DNA from: Pristiophorus japonicus
Lineage: Eukaryota
DNA length: 64,000 nucleotides
Direction: 5' to 3'
NCBI RefSeq assembly: GCF_044704955.1
Contig: NC_091999.1
Span: forward strand, 65,410,001 to 65,474,000
Below, in pieces: positions 13,994 to 25,429 of the stretch. Position 1 is the first letter of the stretch. Every line of letters begins with the position of its first letter. A program made the position numbers and the translations under genes. The notes below the pieces were generated by a model. It saw nothing but the letters and a program-made list of their open reading frames with translations. It made no database searches and was not told the DNA's origin.

Positions 13994-14221
13994 TACACAT
14001 GACATTTTCAAACAATGGTGAAACTCCGAAATACATTTACATTATAGTCGCGATTATCTCACACATTTCACACAGAGAGACAGAAATCCCGGTTATGATT
14101 TTCTCAGCCACAGATTCGGGTCTAATCACTGAAGGCAATTGACTCTGAGAATCACCAAGAGTGCATAGTTTATATTTCAGGATAAAGAGATGTTAATAAA
14201 CAATGGAAGAAGTTCAACCGT

Positions 14222-14230
14222 TCAATTGAC
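14222..14230 (-). CDS. IGHM: IgM TM2 exon (coding part, Val-Asn-stop)
   Basis: Acceptor ...CCTTCTTTTACAG|GTC AAT TGA, phase 0, 140-nt intron from TM1. Confidence 0.85.
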   Translation of the reverse strand, partial: VN

Positions 14231-14370
14231 CTGTAAAAGAAGGATAAAACAGTGAAGCTTTGACTTAGTGGTTTGAGGACTTTATTTCAGGGTTTATATC
14301 AATAAAACTATTAGAGATTTATCAAATCGCTTCAATTAGTACGAGTTATGATTGGATTGAATCTTCCCAC

Positions 14371-14498
14371 CTTCAGTCGAGTGACTGCAGCGCTGTAGCA
14401 AATGCTCAAGAAGAACAGGATGATGAATGTGGAAGCGGTTGTCGAGATGTTGCCGCTCTCGTCCTCATAGTCTTCACTCCAGATGAGGTCTGAGGAAT
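14371..14498 (-). CDS. IGHM: IgM TM1 exon
   Basis: CAG|AT...AAG|GTGGGA; encodes DSSDLIWSEDYEDESGNISTTASTFIILFFLSICYSAAVTRLK (acidic spacer plus antigen-receptor TM motif). Confidence 0.92.
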
Positions 14499-15109
14499 CT
14501 GCACGAATGAAGAGAAGGAAATATATTCAGATCTTTAATTAAGCCAAGATATTTTTTTATATATACTCTTTTGTTTTCCTTAAGGTATTAGTTTTTTCTC
14601 TAACTTAATATTCAATGTATATCTTGGATTAAGTTAATCACTCTCAGCAATCTATTTCTGTTCCTAACTTCTCAGTTGCTCTTCCTGTATGATCCACCAA
14701 TAGTCTGTGTTGGAAAATATGATATTTTCCTTCAATGCCACATGCTAATTTTTTTTGCATCAATTTCGCATGAACTATCATTCGGAATAATATGAACAAA
14801 TATCAAGGGATGTTTATTGACTGATATTGATTAATTTAACGATAGGTTTAGGCACCTATTTTTTGGAGACGATCAAGGGGGCTGGGTACGAGACCAGTTG
14901 TGAGTTATAATCTTGATTAATTGTTTGTTACCGCAATGCACTGAACGTAATTAACTTGTATCAGTTTCCAACAAGAACATTGATTCAATGTACGTGTGGT
15001 ACCACAATAAACGTGTATGGTATCACGAATTATTTATTCAGAGCAATCGTTGGAGTCTCTGGCTGTTCTAAAGTTCATTTTAATTCTATATTGTTTTACA
15101 TTTAATGTT

Positions 15110-15960
15110 TGCGTATGTATGCATGACGAGATCTTGTTTTGATGTCGTCAGTCTTTGTATGTTAATGTGTGTATTAATGTGTAAGTGTGTGTCAGTGTGT
15201 GTTTTGTTTAAGTGTGTGTGTCATTTTGTTTAAGTGTGTATGTTTCTGTAGATGTGTGCACTTATGTAGATGCCAGTAGATGTGTGTAAGTTTATGTGTA
15301 AGTGTGTTTACGTGTAATTATCTGTGTTTTTGTGTAAGTGCCTTGAATTATAAATGGGTCTGCATGTTTTTTGTAAGTGTGTTTTACTGTAGTTTTGTAA
15401 GTTTGTGTATGTTTATATATAAGTCTTTGTGTGCTAATGTGTAAGTGTGTAGTGTGTTTATGTATAAATTTGTGTGATTCTGTTTAAGTGTGTGTGTTCA
15501 CGTGTAATTGTATGTATTTATGATTAAGTTTGTATACGTTTTGTGAAAGTTTGTTCATGTGTATGTGTAAGTGTTTGTGCATGTTTATTTGCAAGCGTTT
15601 CTCCATTCCTGCATAAATGTGTATATTTGAATCGAAGAATTTGTGTTTTTGTGTGCTTTGTATATGTGTTTGTGTGTTAACGCCTTGTACGTGTCTGGCT
15701 TGTGTGTGTGTTGTATAAGGGTGTGTGTGTGTCTTTGCTATTTTTCAACGTTTCAGAGTGTGCCAATAACTGGGTCTGACAATGATGGTGTACTTTATGT
15801 TTTGGGTATGTGTATTTTGTCTGTATGTTAACGTGTGTGTTTAGGTGGAAAGATATGCATGTTTACGTGTAATTCTGTGTGAGTTTATGTGTAAGTACGA
15901 ATGTGTTCATGTGTAAGTGTTTACTTACAGAAAAACATATATACACACAATCGCAAACAC
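15110..15960. repeat. Degenerate (TG)n-rich low-complexity tract
   Basis: GTGTAAGT/TGTG-rich sequence; a second tract lies at ~16400-16560. Confidence 0.8.
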
Positions 15961-17030
15961 ACACATAAACGCACAAACTCACTTTTACACGCATTCTTCC
16001 CCGCTTGGTGTAAATGTGCTCTGTGTGAGACCCAATATGACGTCAGCCGATGTAATGCAGCAATTAAACCGATGAGCCTCAGAAATATCATGGCTACAAC
16101 CGTAACGAACACGCAGAAGATTTAATCACCATTTTCGAAGTGGACTAGTAAAATTCAATCTGTTAGTTTGCGAATAACATTGACAAATTTACCAGAAATG
16201 TTAGTTGAAGGTAATATATTGAATAAATACGTATTTAACTCACATCCGATGCTCCTCACAGAAACGGGCCATTCGGCCCAACCAGTCCATGCATGCGTGT
16301 ATTCTCCACTAGAACCTCCTGCCATCTTTCCTCATCTAAATATATCAGCAAAGCCCAATATTTCCTTCTCCCTCATATGGTTGTATAGCCTCTCCTTATG
16401 TTTAAATGTTTGTGTATGTTTAGATGTAAGTGTATGTGTTTGTTTATGTGTAACTGTGTTTGTTTGTGCATGTTTTGTTTAAATAAGTTTGTGTTGTGTG
16501 TGTAAATGTGTATGTTTCTTTTTAAAGCTTATGTTTGTATGTGTGTTTTTTGTAATGTTGTGTTAATATTTCTGCTATTGTTCCAAATTTCAGAGAGTTC
16601 CAATAACTGGGACTGGCAATGAAGGTGCAAAGCGTATTCTTGGTATTTATAATATTCTATGTCATTGTATCAATCTATGTTTTTATAGTTAAACGTAAAT
16701 GTGTACTTGCAAAAAAACACATACACTTACACAAAATCATCAAAAAAGTAACACGTGAACACACACAAACACACGTTTACACCTATTCCTCATCGCTCTG
16801 TGTAAATGTGTTCTGTGTGAGGAGCAATATGACTTCAGCCGAAGGAATGCAGCGATTCAACCGATGGGCCTCAGAATCATCAGGGACACAACGCTGAGAA
16901 ACCCGCAGAGATTTCAATCACCAGTTTAGATTTGGAACATTAAAATTCAATCTGTTAGTTTACGAATAACAAGGACCGATTTACTCCAAAAACTACTTAA
17001 ATATTACATGTTGAATATATAATTATTTTA
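15750..17030. repeat. Diverged direct duplication in the CH4-TM1 intron (~15750-16240 and ~16588-17030)
   Basis: Shared blocks TTTCAGAG..CCAATAACTGGG, GTGTAAATGTG.TCTGTGTGAG, TAAAATTCAATCTGTTAGTTT at ~790-840 bp offset. Confidence 0.8.
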
Positions 17031-17134
17031 AAATATGATGCCTACGCGGCAAATTTAAAATTTTTGGACAGTGAGTTAAAGGATGACTATTTACAGATGT
17101 ATACCGAGATCATATAATATAGATTGATTCACCT

Positions 17135-18265
17135 CCCTCCCCTCTCTCTGGTGTGGGAATGGGACATACAATAGTTTAACAACTGCACTATTCTGCTCTC
17201 TCTGGTGGGGGAGTGAGAGGCACAGTTGGCAAACAATTGCCCTCTCCCCTCTCTCTGGTGGGGGAGTGCGAGGTACATTGGGGTAACAATTACCCTACCC
17301 CCTCTCTCTGGTGGGGCAGTGTCTGGTACAGTGGGTTAACAATTACCCGTTCCATACACTATGGTGGTGAGCGCGAGGTACAGTGGTTTAACAATAACAT
17401 TTTCCCTTTTCTCTGCTGGGGAAGTGTCTTGTTCAGTGGGTTAACAATTACCCTTTCCCCACTCTCTGGTGGGGCAGTGGGAGGTACAGTGGTTTAACAT
17501 TCATCCTCTCCACACTCTCTGGTGGGGCAGTGGGATGTACAGTGTGTTAACAATTGCCCTTTCCTCCTCTCTGGTGGAGCAGTGGGAGGTACAGTGGGTG
17601 AACAATTACACTTTTCCTCTCTCTGGTGGAGCAGTGCGGGTACAGCGGGTTAACAATTACCCTTTCCCTCTCTCTGCTGGGGAAGAGACTGGCATAGTGG
17701 GTTAACAATTGCGCGCTCCTCTCTCTCTGGTGGGGCAGTGGGAGTAACGTGGGTTAACAATTGACCTTTCCGGCTCTCTGGTGGGCCAGTGGGTGTACGG
17801 TGGGTTAACAATTGCCCTTTCCCCTCTCTCTAGTGGTGCAGTGGGAGTACAGTGGTTTACAAATTACCCTTTCCCCACTCTCTGGTGGGGCAGTGGGATG
17901 TACATTGGCTTAACAATTGTCCTTTCCCTTCTCTGGTGGAGCAGTGGAAGGTTCAGTGGGTTAATAATTACCTTTCTCCCTCTCTGGTGGAGCAATGGGA
18001 GGTGCAGTGAGTTAACAATTGCCATTTCACTCTCTTCGATGGAGCAGTGGGAGGTACAGTGGGTTAGCAATTACCCTTTCCCTCTCTCTGTTGGGGAAAT
18101 GTCTGGTACAGTGGGTTAACAATTGCGCGTTCCTCTCTCTCTCTGTTGGTGCAGTGGGAGTACAGTGGGTTAACAATTGCCCTTTCCCCTCTCCCGTGGG
18201 GCAGTGGTAGGTACAGTGCGTTAAAAATTGTCCTTTCGCCTCTCTCTGTTGGGGGAATGGGGAGG
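17135..18265 (+). repeat. 53-bp minisatellite, ~21 copies
   Basis: Unit ~CTCTCTGGTGGGGCAGTGGGAGGTACAGTGGGTTAACAATTGCCCTTTCCCCT; TCTGGTG recurs at 17201, 17254 and 17307. Confidence 0.92.
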
Positions 18266-18657
18266 GAGAGTACGTGCAGGTATGTGGCCCTCATTTCAGA
18301 ATGCAGTGAATGCATTGCTGCACAATAAACTGGCTGCAATTCTGAAGTAATGGATAACACGAGAATTTGGGAAACTGAGCTCTAACTGTGCTGTGTTTTT
18401 TTGTTACAAATGGGAAGTTTTGAGATTCACCAGCGGAAAGAATGTTGCTGAAGTTACTTTGAAGAATAGGCTATTGAAAGTTCTTCACTCTGTTTTAAAC
18501 TCGTAGTTTATCTGAGCTGGGAACTTTGGCTGTACAAGCCGAGGGCCCAAGACTTGCAAATATCCTGCTTCAGATTAACAGCCCGCCGTTTGACAAAAAT
18601 TGGAAGCAAAATTAATTGAGCGGCCGCATGTGTAACTCATGATTGGAAGAATAACTC

Positions 18658-18674
18658 TTTATTTTATTTTTATT
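18658..18674 (-). terminator. Secretory-form poly(A) signals (three AATAAA)
   Basis: TTTATT on the plus strand at 18658, 18663 and 18669, ~30-45 nt after the secretory stop. Confidence 0.8.
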
Positions 18675-18702
18675 TAAGAACGGAAATACTATCGAGAGAT
18701 TC

Positions 18703-19094
18703 TCATTGACAAGAATTGATGGTGTCCATCAGAACAAGGGAAATGTTCACAAAACTGGGTTTACCGCTGGATTTATTGACGGTTCTGTTGGTGATCTTCA
18801 AGGGGATCGCTTCATGTCCCACCACACAGGAGTAAGAAGTGCCACTGGCCCATTCCTCGGCTGTAATGGATAGCAGGCTGTACATGAAGAAGGTTCTGCT
18901 GCCGTTCTCCGCCTTCACCTCCGTGTTCTTGTAAATGCCGAAATTCACCGGCTTATCATTGACGGTCCACTTGATGAAGATCTCGCGGGGGGAGAAACCT
19001 CTCACTAAGCAGGTGAGGCTGACCAACCTCTGAGCAGAGACTTCTTCTGCCGAGGGCAGGAGGACAGACACTGCCGGTTCCCGTAGATCTTTCA
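18703..19094 (-). CDS. IGHM: IgM CH4 exon with secretory tailpiece; internal donor for the membrane form after 18765
   Basis: [43 protein letters not shown]...[11 protein letters not shown]...SS|[20 protein letters not shown]; G|GTAAA internal donor; tailpiece sequon and penultimate Cys present. Confidence 0.96.
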
Positions 19095-19612
19095 CTGTAA
19101 AACAGTTACAATAAAGGCCAATGAACTGGAAAGTTCCATAGACAACACAATTAGAGGTTAGTTATGAGATAAATGTGATTTGCGCTAAATTTCAATGGAT
19201 TTCCTTTTCCCCCTCTGTGGCCTGTCCAGTTTTTTAGCCCGGTGAAGATGGGGATGCAAACCTTCTCTCTGGGAGCTTGAAGAGTTTTATTAGAAAATGA
19301 CTTTGAAAGCACTGCAAAGAAATAGGCCATTCGAACAAATGATCGAGGCTGGCCTTTATGCTCCATAGGAACTTCCTCCTAACATACTCTGTCTATACCT
19401 CATAACATATCCTTCTATTTGTATCTCCATCATGCATTTATATAACTTCCCCTTAAAATGCATCATCTCAGGTCCCGGAGCATTTAGTTCGTGGAGTGAA
19501 CATTTGATTATCAGGATAATCTATAAAACAGTTAAAAAAAACTAATTGGCCCTTGCACAAGCACCGGAAATAGTGACAGCGTGTCACTTGTTGCTACAAC
19601 CTCCCCACTCAC

Positions 19613-19921
19613 CCTTTTCCTTGTGGATGGAACCTCTTATAGGAGTCGGCATTTCGTGATGACTCACCACGCAGTAGAACACATCCCCTCTCAGCCAGGC
19701 TTGTGTTGAGATGTTTAAGTTGCTGATCACGCTGTTGGGATGCTCTCCCGGTTGGAGGGAAATCTCTGATTTCAAATTCTCCTGCTCTTGAGTCCAGGAC
19801 ACGGTGACGCCATAAGGAGCATCAGACACAATGCAGGTTAGGGTCACCGTCGCCTCCAGTAAGACATGTTCTAGTGACGGTTGTGGAAGAGTGACTTTTG
19901 TATGTGTGCACGAAGATGCAT
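19613..19921 (-). CDS. IGHM: IgM CH3 exon (309 nt)
   Basis: CACAG|AT...AAGG|GTGAGT; DASSC...[18 protein letters not shown]...FYCVVSH, a C1-set domain. Confidence 0.95.
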
Positions 19922-20469
19922 CTGTGAAGCAGAAATGAAATTCACGATAAGCTTCATCTTCAGAGTCAGGCCACCAGTATTCGTCCTTCACTCTCTCCAG
20001 GAGCATAAATCCAATTAGAGATATCAATCTCACGCTGATGATTAAACACCATCGTTATTGGAAGGACCACAAATTGGCAATGATGTTAAGAAACCCTTTA
20101 ACATTTCCAACGTCGACAGATTCTTGTGCCCGAACGCGTTTCCGCTCGGTATAATGGCTCCACCACTTGGGCCAAGAGCTCTACATGAAAATTACAATAG
20201 TTCAAAACGAGTGCCAAATCAAAACCATGAATTTACATGCAGCAGGAAACAAATTCATTTTCTAGTGTCTTGTGATTTTGGGGGCGGTGAAAATGTGCAG
20301 CATCCAGTTGCAGCCCACCATCAGAGGAGCAGTGAAAGGTCGGCTAAATGGAGTTTGAAGGGGTATTTTTTCGTGGGTTATAATTTGCAATATCGATGTG
20401 AAGTAGTTTGTTTATCTATATCATTACTGAGCGTTCCTGTCTGTTTCGAGAGTGTCAGCTGGAAATATA

Positions 20470-21020
20470 ACCGCAGGGCAGAACTGGAGTAGGCCACTCA
20501 GCCCATCCTGCCTGCCATCTTTCAAATGGAACATGACCTGCTCTGCACCTTAACATTATATACCCGCCTTTTGTGTCTCACCCATAATGACCTTGCCTAA
20601 CAAATGTTTATCATTTGCAGTTTTGAAACATTCACTTGACCCTTAGCCTCAACAGCGTTTTGTAGAAGAGTGTTCCAGATTTAAACAACCCTTTGTGTGA
20701 AAGAATCCTTCCTGACATCTTCCCTGAACGGCCTACCTCTCCGTTTAGTATTATGTCTGTTGTTCTGAACTGCCGCACCAGAGGAAATTGTTTATTCTAT
20801 CTACCATATCAGTTCCATTTATCAACTTAAACACCTCAATTAGATCACCTTTAACTTCCATATTCAACGTAATATAAGCCTATTCTGTGCAACCTGTCTG
20901 CACAATTTATCCATCTTTGCCCCGATATGATTCGTCTTAATTTGCAGTGCAACCCCTCTAAAGCCAGTGTATCCATCCTGAGGTGCAGTCCCCAGAACAG
21001 AACACAATATTCTAAATAGG
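20470..21020 (-). mobile_element. CR1 LINE 3' fragment in the CH2-CH3 intron
   Basis: Reverse complement of the CR1 C-terminal region (YCVLFW, FTQRVV motifs). Confidence 0.7.
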
Positions 21021-21346
21021 GCAGATGCCCTTTCTAGTACTGGGCCCTGAGACAGTTACAAGCAATGGATTGCAGACACCTACTGTCGCTCCGAATATGA
21101 TCATGCAACCCAGGATAAAGCTGAAAAAAGAGAAACTTGCTCACAGTCTGGCATCAGAGGAAAGGGCAACTTTTGCTAAAGTGATGGAGTCATGAACCAT
21201 GAGGAATCTAGAGTCAGACTTACACTGAAAGGAAACAATGATTGGAAATGAGAAATAATTTTGTGCTTTTTAATAATTCCTATAAAAGCCCTAACTGAGA
21301 TCAGCGCTCAGATTGATTTGGAAATTCACTAGATTGTATCTCTTAC

Positions 21347-21658
21347 CGTGAGATCTGGTAATGTTTTGGGTTTGGGTGTACCCTTGATGAGAAACCTGGC
21401 AGGTATAGACCGAGCGGTCGAACCATTCCTCGGCGGGGAATATTAGCCGACTGGTCATTGAGAAGTTCCTGTTAACTTTAAAGACAGGAGAGGTGACGAT
21501 GTGCGAATCCATGACTTGTCCATTCTTCAGCCAATTAACCGACACTTCCCTTGGGCGGAAATCGTTGATTAAACACACAGCGGTTGCAGATCTGCTTCTG
21601 GCGATTTCTTCAATTGAACTCATGGTAAGGAAAACACTTGGATGATGTACCACACCAT
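21347..21658 (-). CDS. IGHM: IgM CH2 exon (312 nt)
   Basis: TTGCAG|AT...CACG|GTAAGA; [11 protein letters not shown]...[22 protein letters not shown]...YTCQVSHQ. Confidence 0.95.
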
Positions 21659-21729
21659 CTGCAAGAAAATACATTTAATTGGGATTATTTGTTGCAGTCC
21701 AAACAATTAAGAACTGTGAAGCGATTTTT

Positions 21730-22250
21730 AACAAAGAATCTACAACGCAGGAGCAGACCGTTCGGCCCAACAAGGTCGATGTTTATGACCCAATGAGTCT
21801 TATATCGCCCTGCTTCCTCTCCCTCGTGTACTTATCTTGATCCCCCTGAAACTCATCTATGTTATTCGCCTCAGGTACTCCATGTGGTCGCGACTTCCAC
21901 ATTCTACCAACTCCCTGGGTAAATAAGCTTCTCCTGATTTAACTATTGGATTTATTGGGAATAATCTTTCATTGACGGCCCCTGGTACCGGGCTTCTCCT
22001 CAAGCAAAAATATGTTCTCTTCTACTAACCTTTCAAACCCCTTCATAATTTTAATCCCTCTATTCTCCCACCCTCAGCCTTCCCTTTTCTAGAGAAAAGA
22101 ACCCCAGCCGGTGCAATTACTTTTGTCAATTACAATTTTTTAGTTGCGCTGTCGTACTTGCCAATATTTTTTGTGTACTTCTCCAGTGCCTCTGTATAAT
22201 TCTTATAATATGGAAACCAGCAGTATGCACATTACACTTAATATGATCTG
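21730..22250 (-). mobile_element. CR1 LINE 3' fragment in the CH1-CH2 intron
   Basis: Reverse complement of CR1 C-terminus and 3' UTR. Confidence 0.65.
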
Positions 22251-22289
22251 GAGATTAGAGCTGTGTACAGTCCTCTAAATGTGAGATTG

Positions 22290-22930
22290 AGCCCAGAGTG
22301 TGGGGCGTTCGAGTCCAGCGGGGGGCAAAGGTCGAGCCCAGCGGGCGGGCGGGGGTCGAGCCCAGCGAGAGGCAGCGTTAAATGCCGAGCGAGGGGCGTC
22401 GAGCGAACCCAGCGGGGAGTGGTGTTGGAGCCCAATTTGGAGTTGGTGTTCTAGCCCAGCGGGAGCGACGTTCGAGACCAGCGGGTAGCGGAGATCAAGC
22501 CCAGCGAGGGGTGGCACAGATTTAACAACGGCCGGACCGTGGCCCAGTAGTGGAACGGCTAATATAACATCAGAGCAGTCGGGGCTCAGGAGCTCCATCG
22601 CATATAACATCAGAGGGGTCGTGGCCCAGCAGCGGTACAGCGTTTAACAGCGTTGAATTCGTGGCCCAGGGGCGGCGCAGGATCTAAAAACAGTGGCGAC
22701 GTGGCCCAGGTGTGGTGCAGCACAGAATAACAGAGGAGTTGTAGCGCAGCATTTAACAACAGCGGGATCGGGACACATGGGATGCGCAACCATGCTTGGT
22801 CTGCAGTCAACTTGGTTAATCCTTGCCACTGGACCAAGACCTAGCTCTGTCAAAGCCGTGTGGTGGCTGGTGTGCAACTGTCGCTACACGTTAACAAATC
22901 CACGCACAGGCATCTTCCACCCTTTAAGAT
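22290..22930 (+). repeat. CpG/GC-rich degenerate tandem arrays (~23-bp and ~40-bp units), probably a retroelement 5' UTR
   Basis: Repeated GAGCCCAGCG and CGTGGCCCAG units, followed by a tract I associate with RTE-type 5' UTRs (recalled, unverified). Confidence 0.6.
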
Positions 22931-23004
22931 ATAACACATGTGAGCCCATTCACTTTGGTGTGAAGTGCGTCATCCTCGTCACGAGGGTCTGCCTAATAGT
23001 AGTA

Positions 23005-23290
23005 AATGTGATATGGAGACCAGAACTCAGCACAGTACAGTGTGTGACATGGAGACACAACTCTAATCAGTACGGTAAGTGTGACATGGAGACAAACATG
23101 TAATCAGTACTCTAAGTGAGATACAAGACCAGAACTGAGCACATTGCTCCAAATGTGATATTAAGACCAGACCTATAATCAGTACACTCAGAGTGATATG
23201 GGGACCAGAACTGCGCACAGTGCTCCAAGTAAGGATTAGGAGCAGTACTCCCAGTGTGACATGGAGACCAGAACTGTGCACTCTAAGTCT
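23005..23290 (+). repeat. Short tandem array derived from a CR1 segment
   Basis: Repeated GTGA(C/T)ATGGAGACCAGAACTG, the antisense of the CR1 YCxQFWSP coding motif. Confidence 0.65.
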
Positions 23291-23369
23291 GGTTTAAGGA
23301 AGCTGTATAGAAAACAATATAACTTCTCTGGTTATCACAGTTTGCATCCCTGTATTGCAAAACACTCGC

Positions 23370-23669
23370 CTGGCATTTTGATGTTCCAGACTGACCCATT
23401 TCGTCGAAGCTCGCAGTAGATTGTGCTGCTTCCCACCTCTGACTCGGTAATGGTTAACTGGCTGCTCAGGATGTAGGCTCCTTTCTTATTGAGCAGTGAA
23501 GGGTAGGTCTTCAATCCAGTGGTGATTTGCTCTTTATCTTTCCTCCAGGAAAGGCTGGTGATTTCCGGGGAGTAGTCCATTGCCAAACACCCGTAGGTGA
23601 TGGGGCCATCGATGTTGGATTGGTCACAGGAGGAGTGCAGGCCGTAGAGTATGGGTGCAGACGGTGTCG
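23370..23669 (-). CDS. IGHM: IgM CH1 exon (300 nt) ending in a GC donor
   Basis: TCTCAG|CG ACA CCG; [16 protein letters not shown]...[17 protein letters not shown]...IYCELRR...KMP; 3' end CCAG|GCGAGT. Confidence 0.93.
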
Positions 23670-25429
23670 CTGAGAAAGAATGGCCAATTGGACAAGTTAG
23701 AATCTGCAATCACTGCTTATAAGGTAACCAAACATCGCGAAATTTGACTGCAGAATGAACTAATTCCATCATTTGGTGTTCAAAACCTAAATCAGCATTT
23801 AAGTTTCTGTGAGTTGTGTGACCTGATGTGAAACGCCTCCATGTAACTCCAATCTTGTAAATAAGACACGTCACGAGTCTTAAATGGGCATACTGTCCAG
23901 GAGAGGCCTTTGTACCGAGGGAATGCAAGAATATGGTATCGAGGAGTTCCTCCAGCTCTTGATCTCCTCTTAAGCAACACTTCCCTCAATCTCCAACCAT
24001 TTTAAGATTAGATTCGTTCATATCCTGTGCACTGAGCTCCTCCCCACATCCTTTTGCTATCAGCGTCTTATTATCAGCACAGAACAAGACCATTCAACGA
24101 TAGCAAAATATAGCCACCTCTGCATTTTACGATGCTGCATTAAAACTTACCATCTAGGCAAGCATTTGTTCAACTCTCAGAATCACTAGCAGCCATACTG
24201 ATGAAAAATTCACATCTCATTTTGTGGCTGGATGCTAGATTGTATCTGCTTACGCCCCTATGAATCATCTTGGGTCGTTTAACTCGGTTAAAGGCGCAAT
24301 ATAAATGCAAGTTGTTGTTTTCAGGAGATACACTTCTTTCAATAGCAGCAGGGTTAGTTCTCCTAACCACACAACTCATACACCTAGATGCCGGCATGTT
24401 TGTGAAGCATGACCCAGAAATATAAGATAACAGAATTTTACAGCAAAAAAGAAGCCTATTGGGCCCATCAGGCCTTTGAAAGATCTCTCCACCAATCCTG
24501 TTCTCCTTCCAATTCCCAATCTTCTTCACAATAGTTTAATTTTATCAAGCTATTAAGGATACTGCATGCAGCCATCTTTCTAATAGGACATCCCAGGTCC
24601 AAACAGTCCCCTGTGCAGAATAATAGAGTAAAATCTCTCCATGTATTCTATTACTGCTGATTTTCATTCTCTGCTTTTAACTCACCAATTCACTAAACTG
24701 GGGAAATATGTTTCCAGAATCCCTTCATAAAACCAATCATAATTCCAACACCGCTCTAGTAGACCTCAGAAAAATGTTCTTTGTTCCCATGACAATAAAA
24801 GTCGTTTACAGTAAATAGTTGAAGTCTCTTTAAAATTGAAGTGCATAATATAGCCCCTATTTTTGAATGGGGAACTTTTGCACTGCCTGATTTCTCAGCT
24901 TCAAGCTTTAGATGAAATTAGATTAATTCAAGTCTATCTCTTTCCCTCTCAGAATTGGAGGAAGAGCGATGCGATGTGCTTTGTGCTCTATCCCGTGGAA
25001 CAGATTGGATAACTCCTGCCTTTCCTCCTCCCATTCGCTCAACTAAATTTACAGAATTCAATAGACATGCAAAAGTCTATTATATGGAGTGATGCGCTTT
25101 AAACGGTCTATTCCAATTTTCCAAATAGTTCTCCAACATCTCGGTAGTGAGAACAGGGGCTGCCTTCTGGGTCGTTGCAGACAATTCTTGTTGCTGTTTG
25201 TTACGAACATAATCTAAACTTCACGATAAGTTTCTACTCTAAATATCTAATATTGGCAATCCATTAGCATTGTAAATCGTTTGTTTATCTGTGGCATCTA
25301 GGCACGGAAGGACAAACAGTAATGAACGTGCTTATTGCTGATATGGACAAATCTCGCATGCAGTTTGTGCAGATTACTCAAACAGCTGCGGCTTATTGGT
25401 CTGATATTGGACGCTCGATTTTACGTGGG

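Noticed and set aside
17135-18265. CRISPR-like array or RSS array
   Set aside because: Head-to-tail units with no unique spacers; TACAGTG lacks the required CAC and has no nonamer; vertebrate context.
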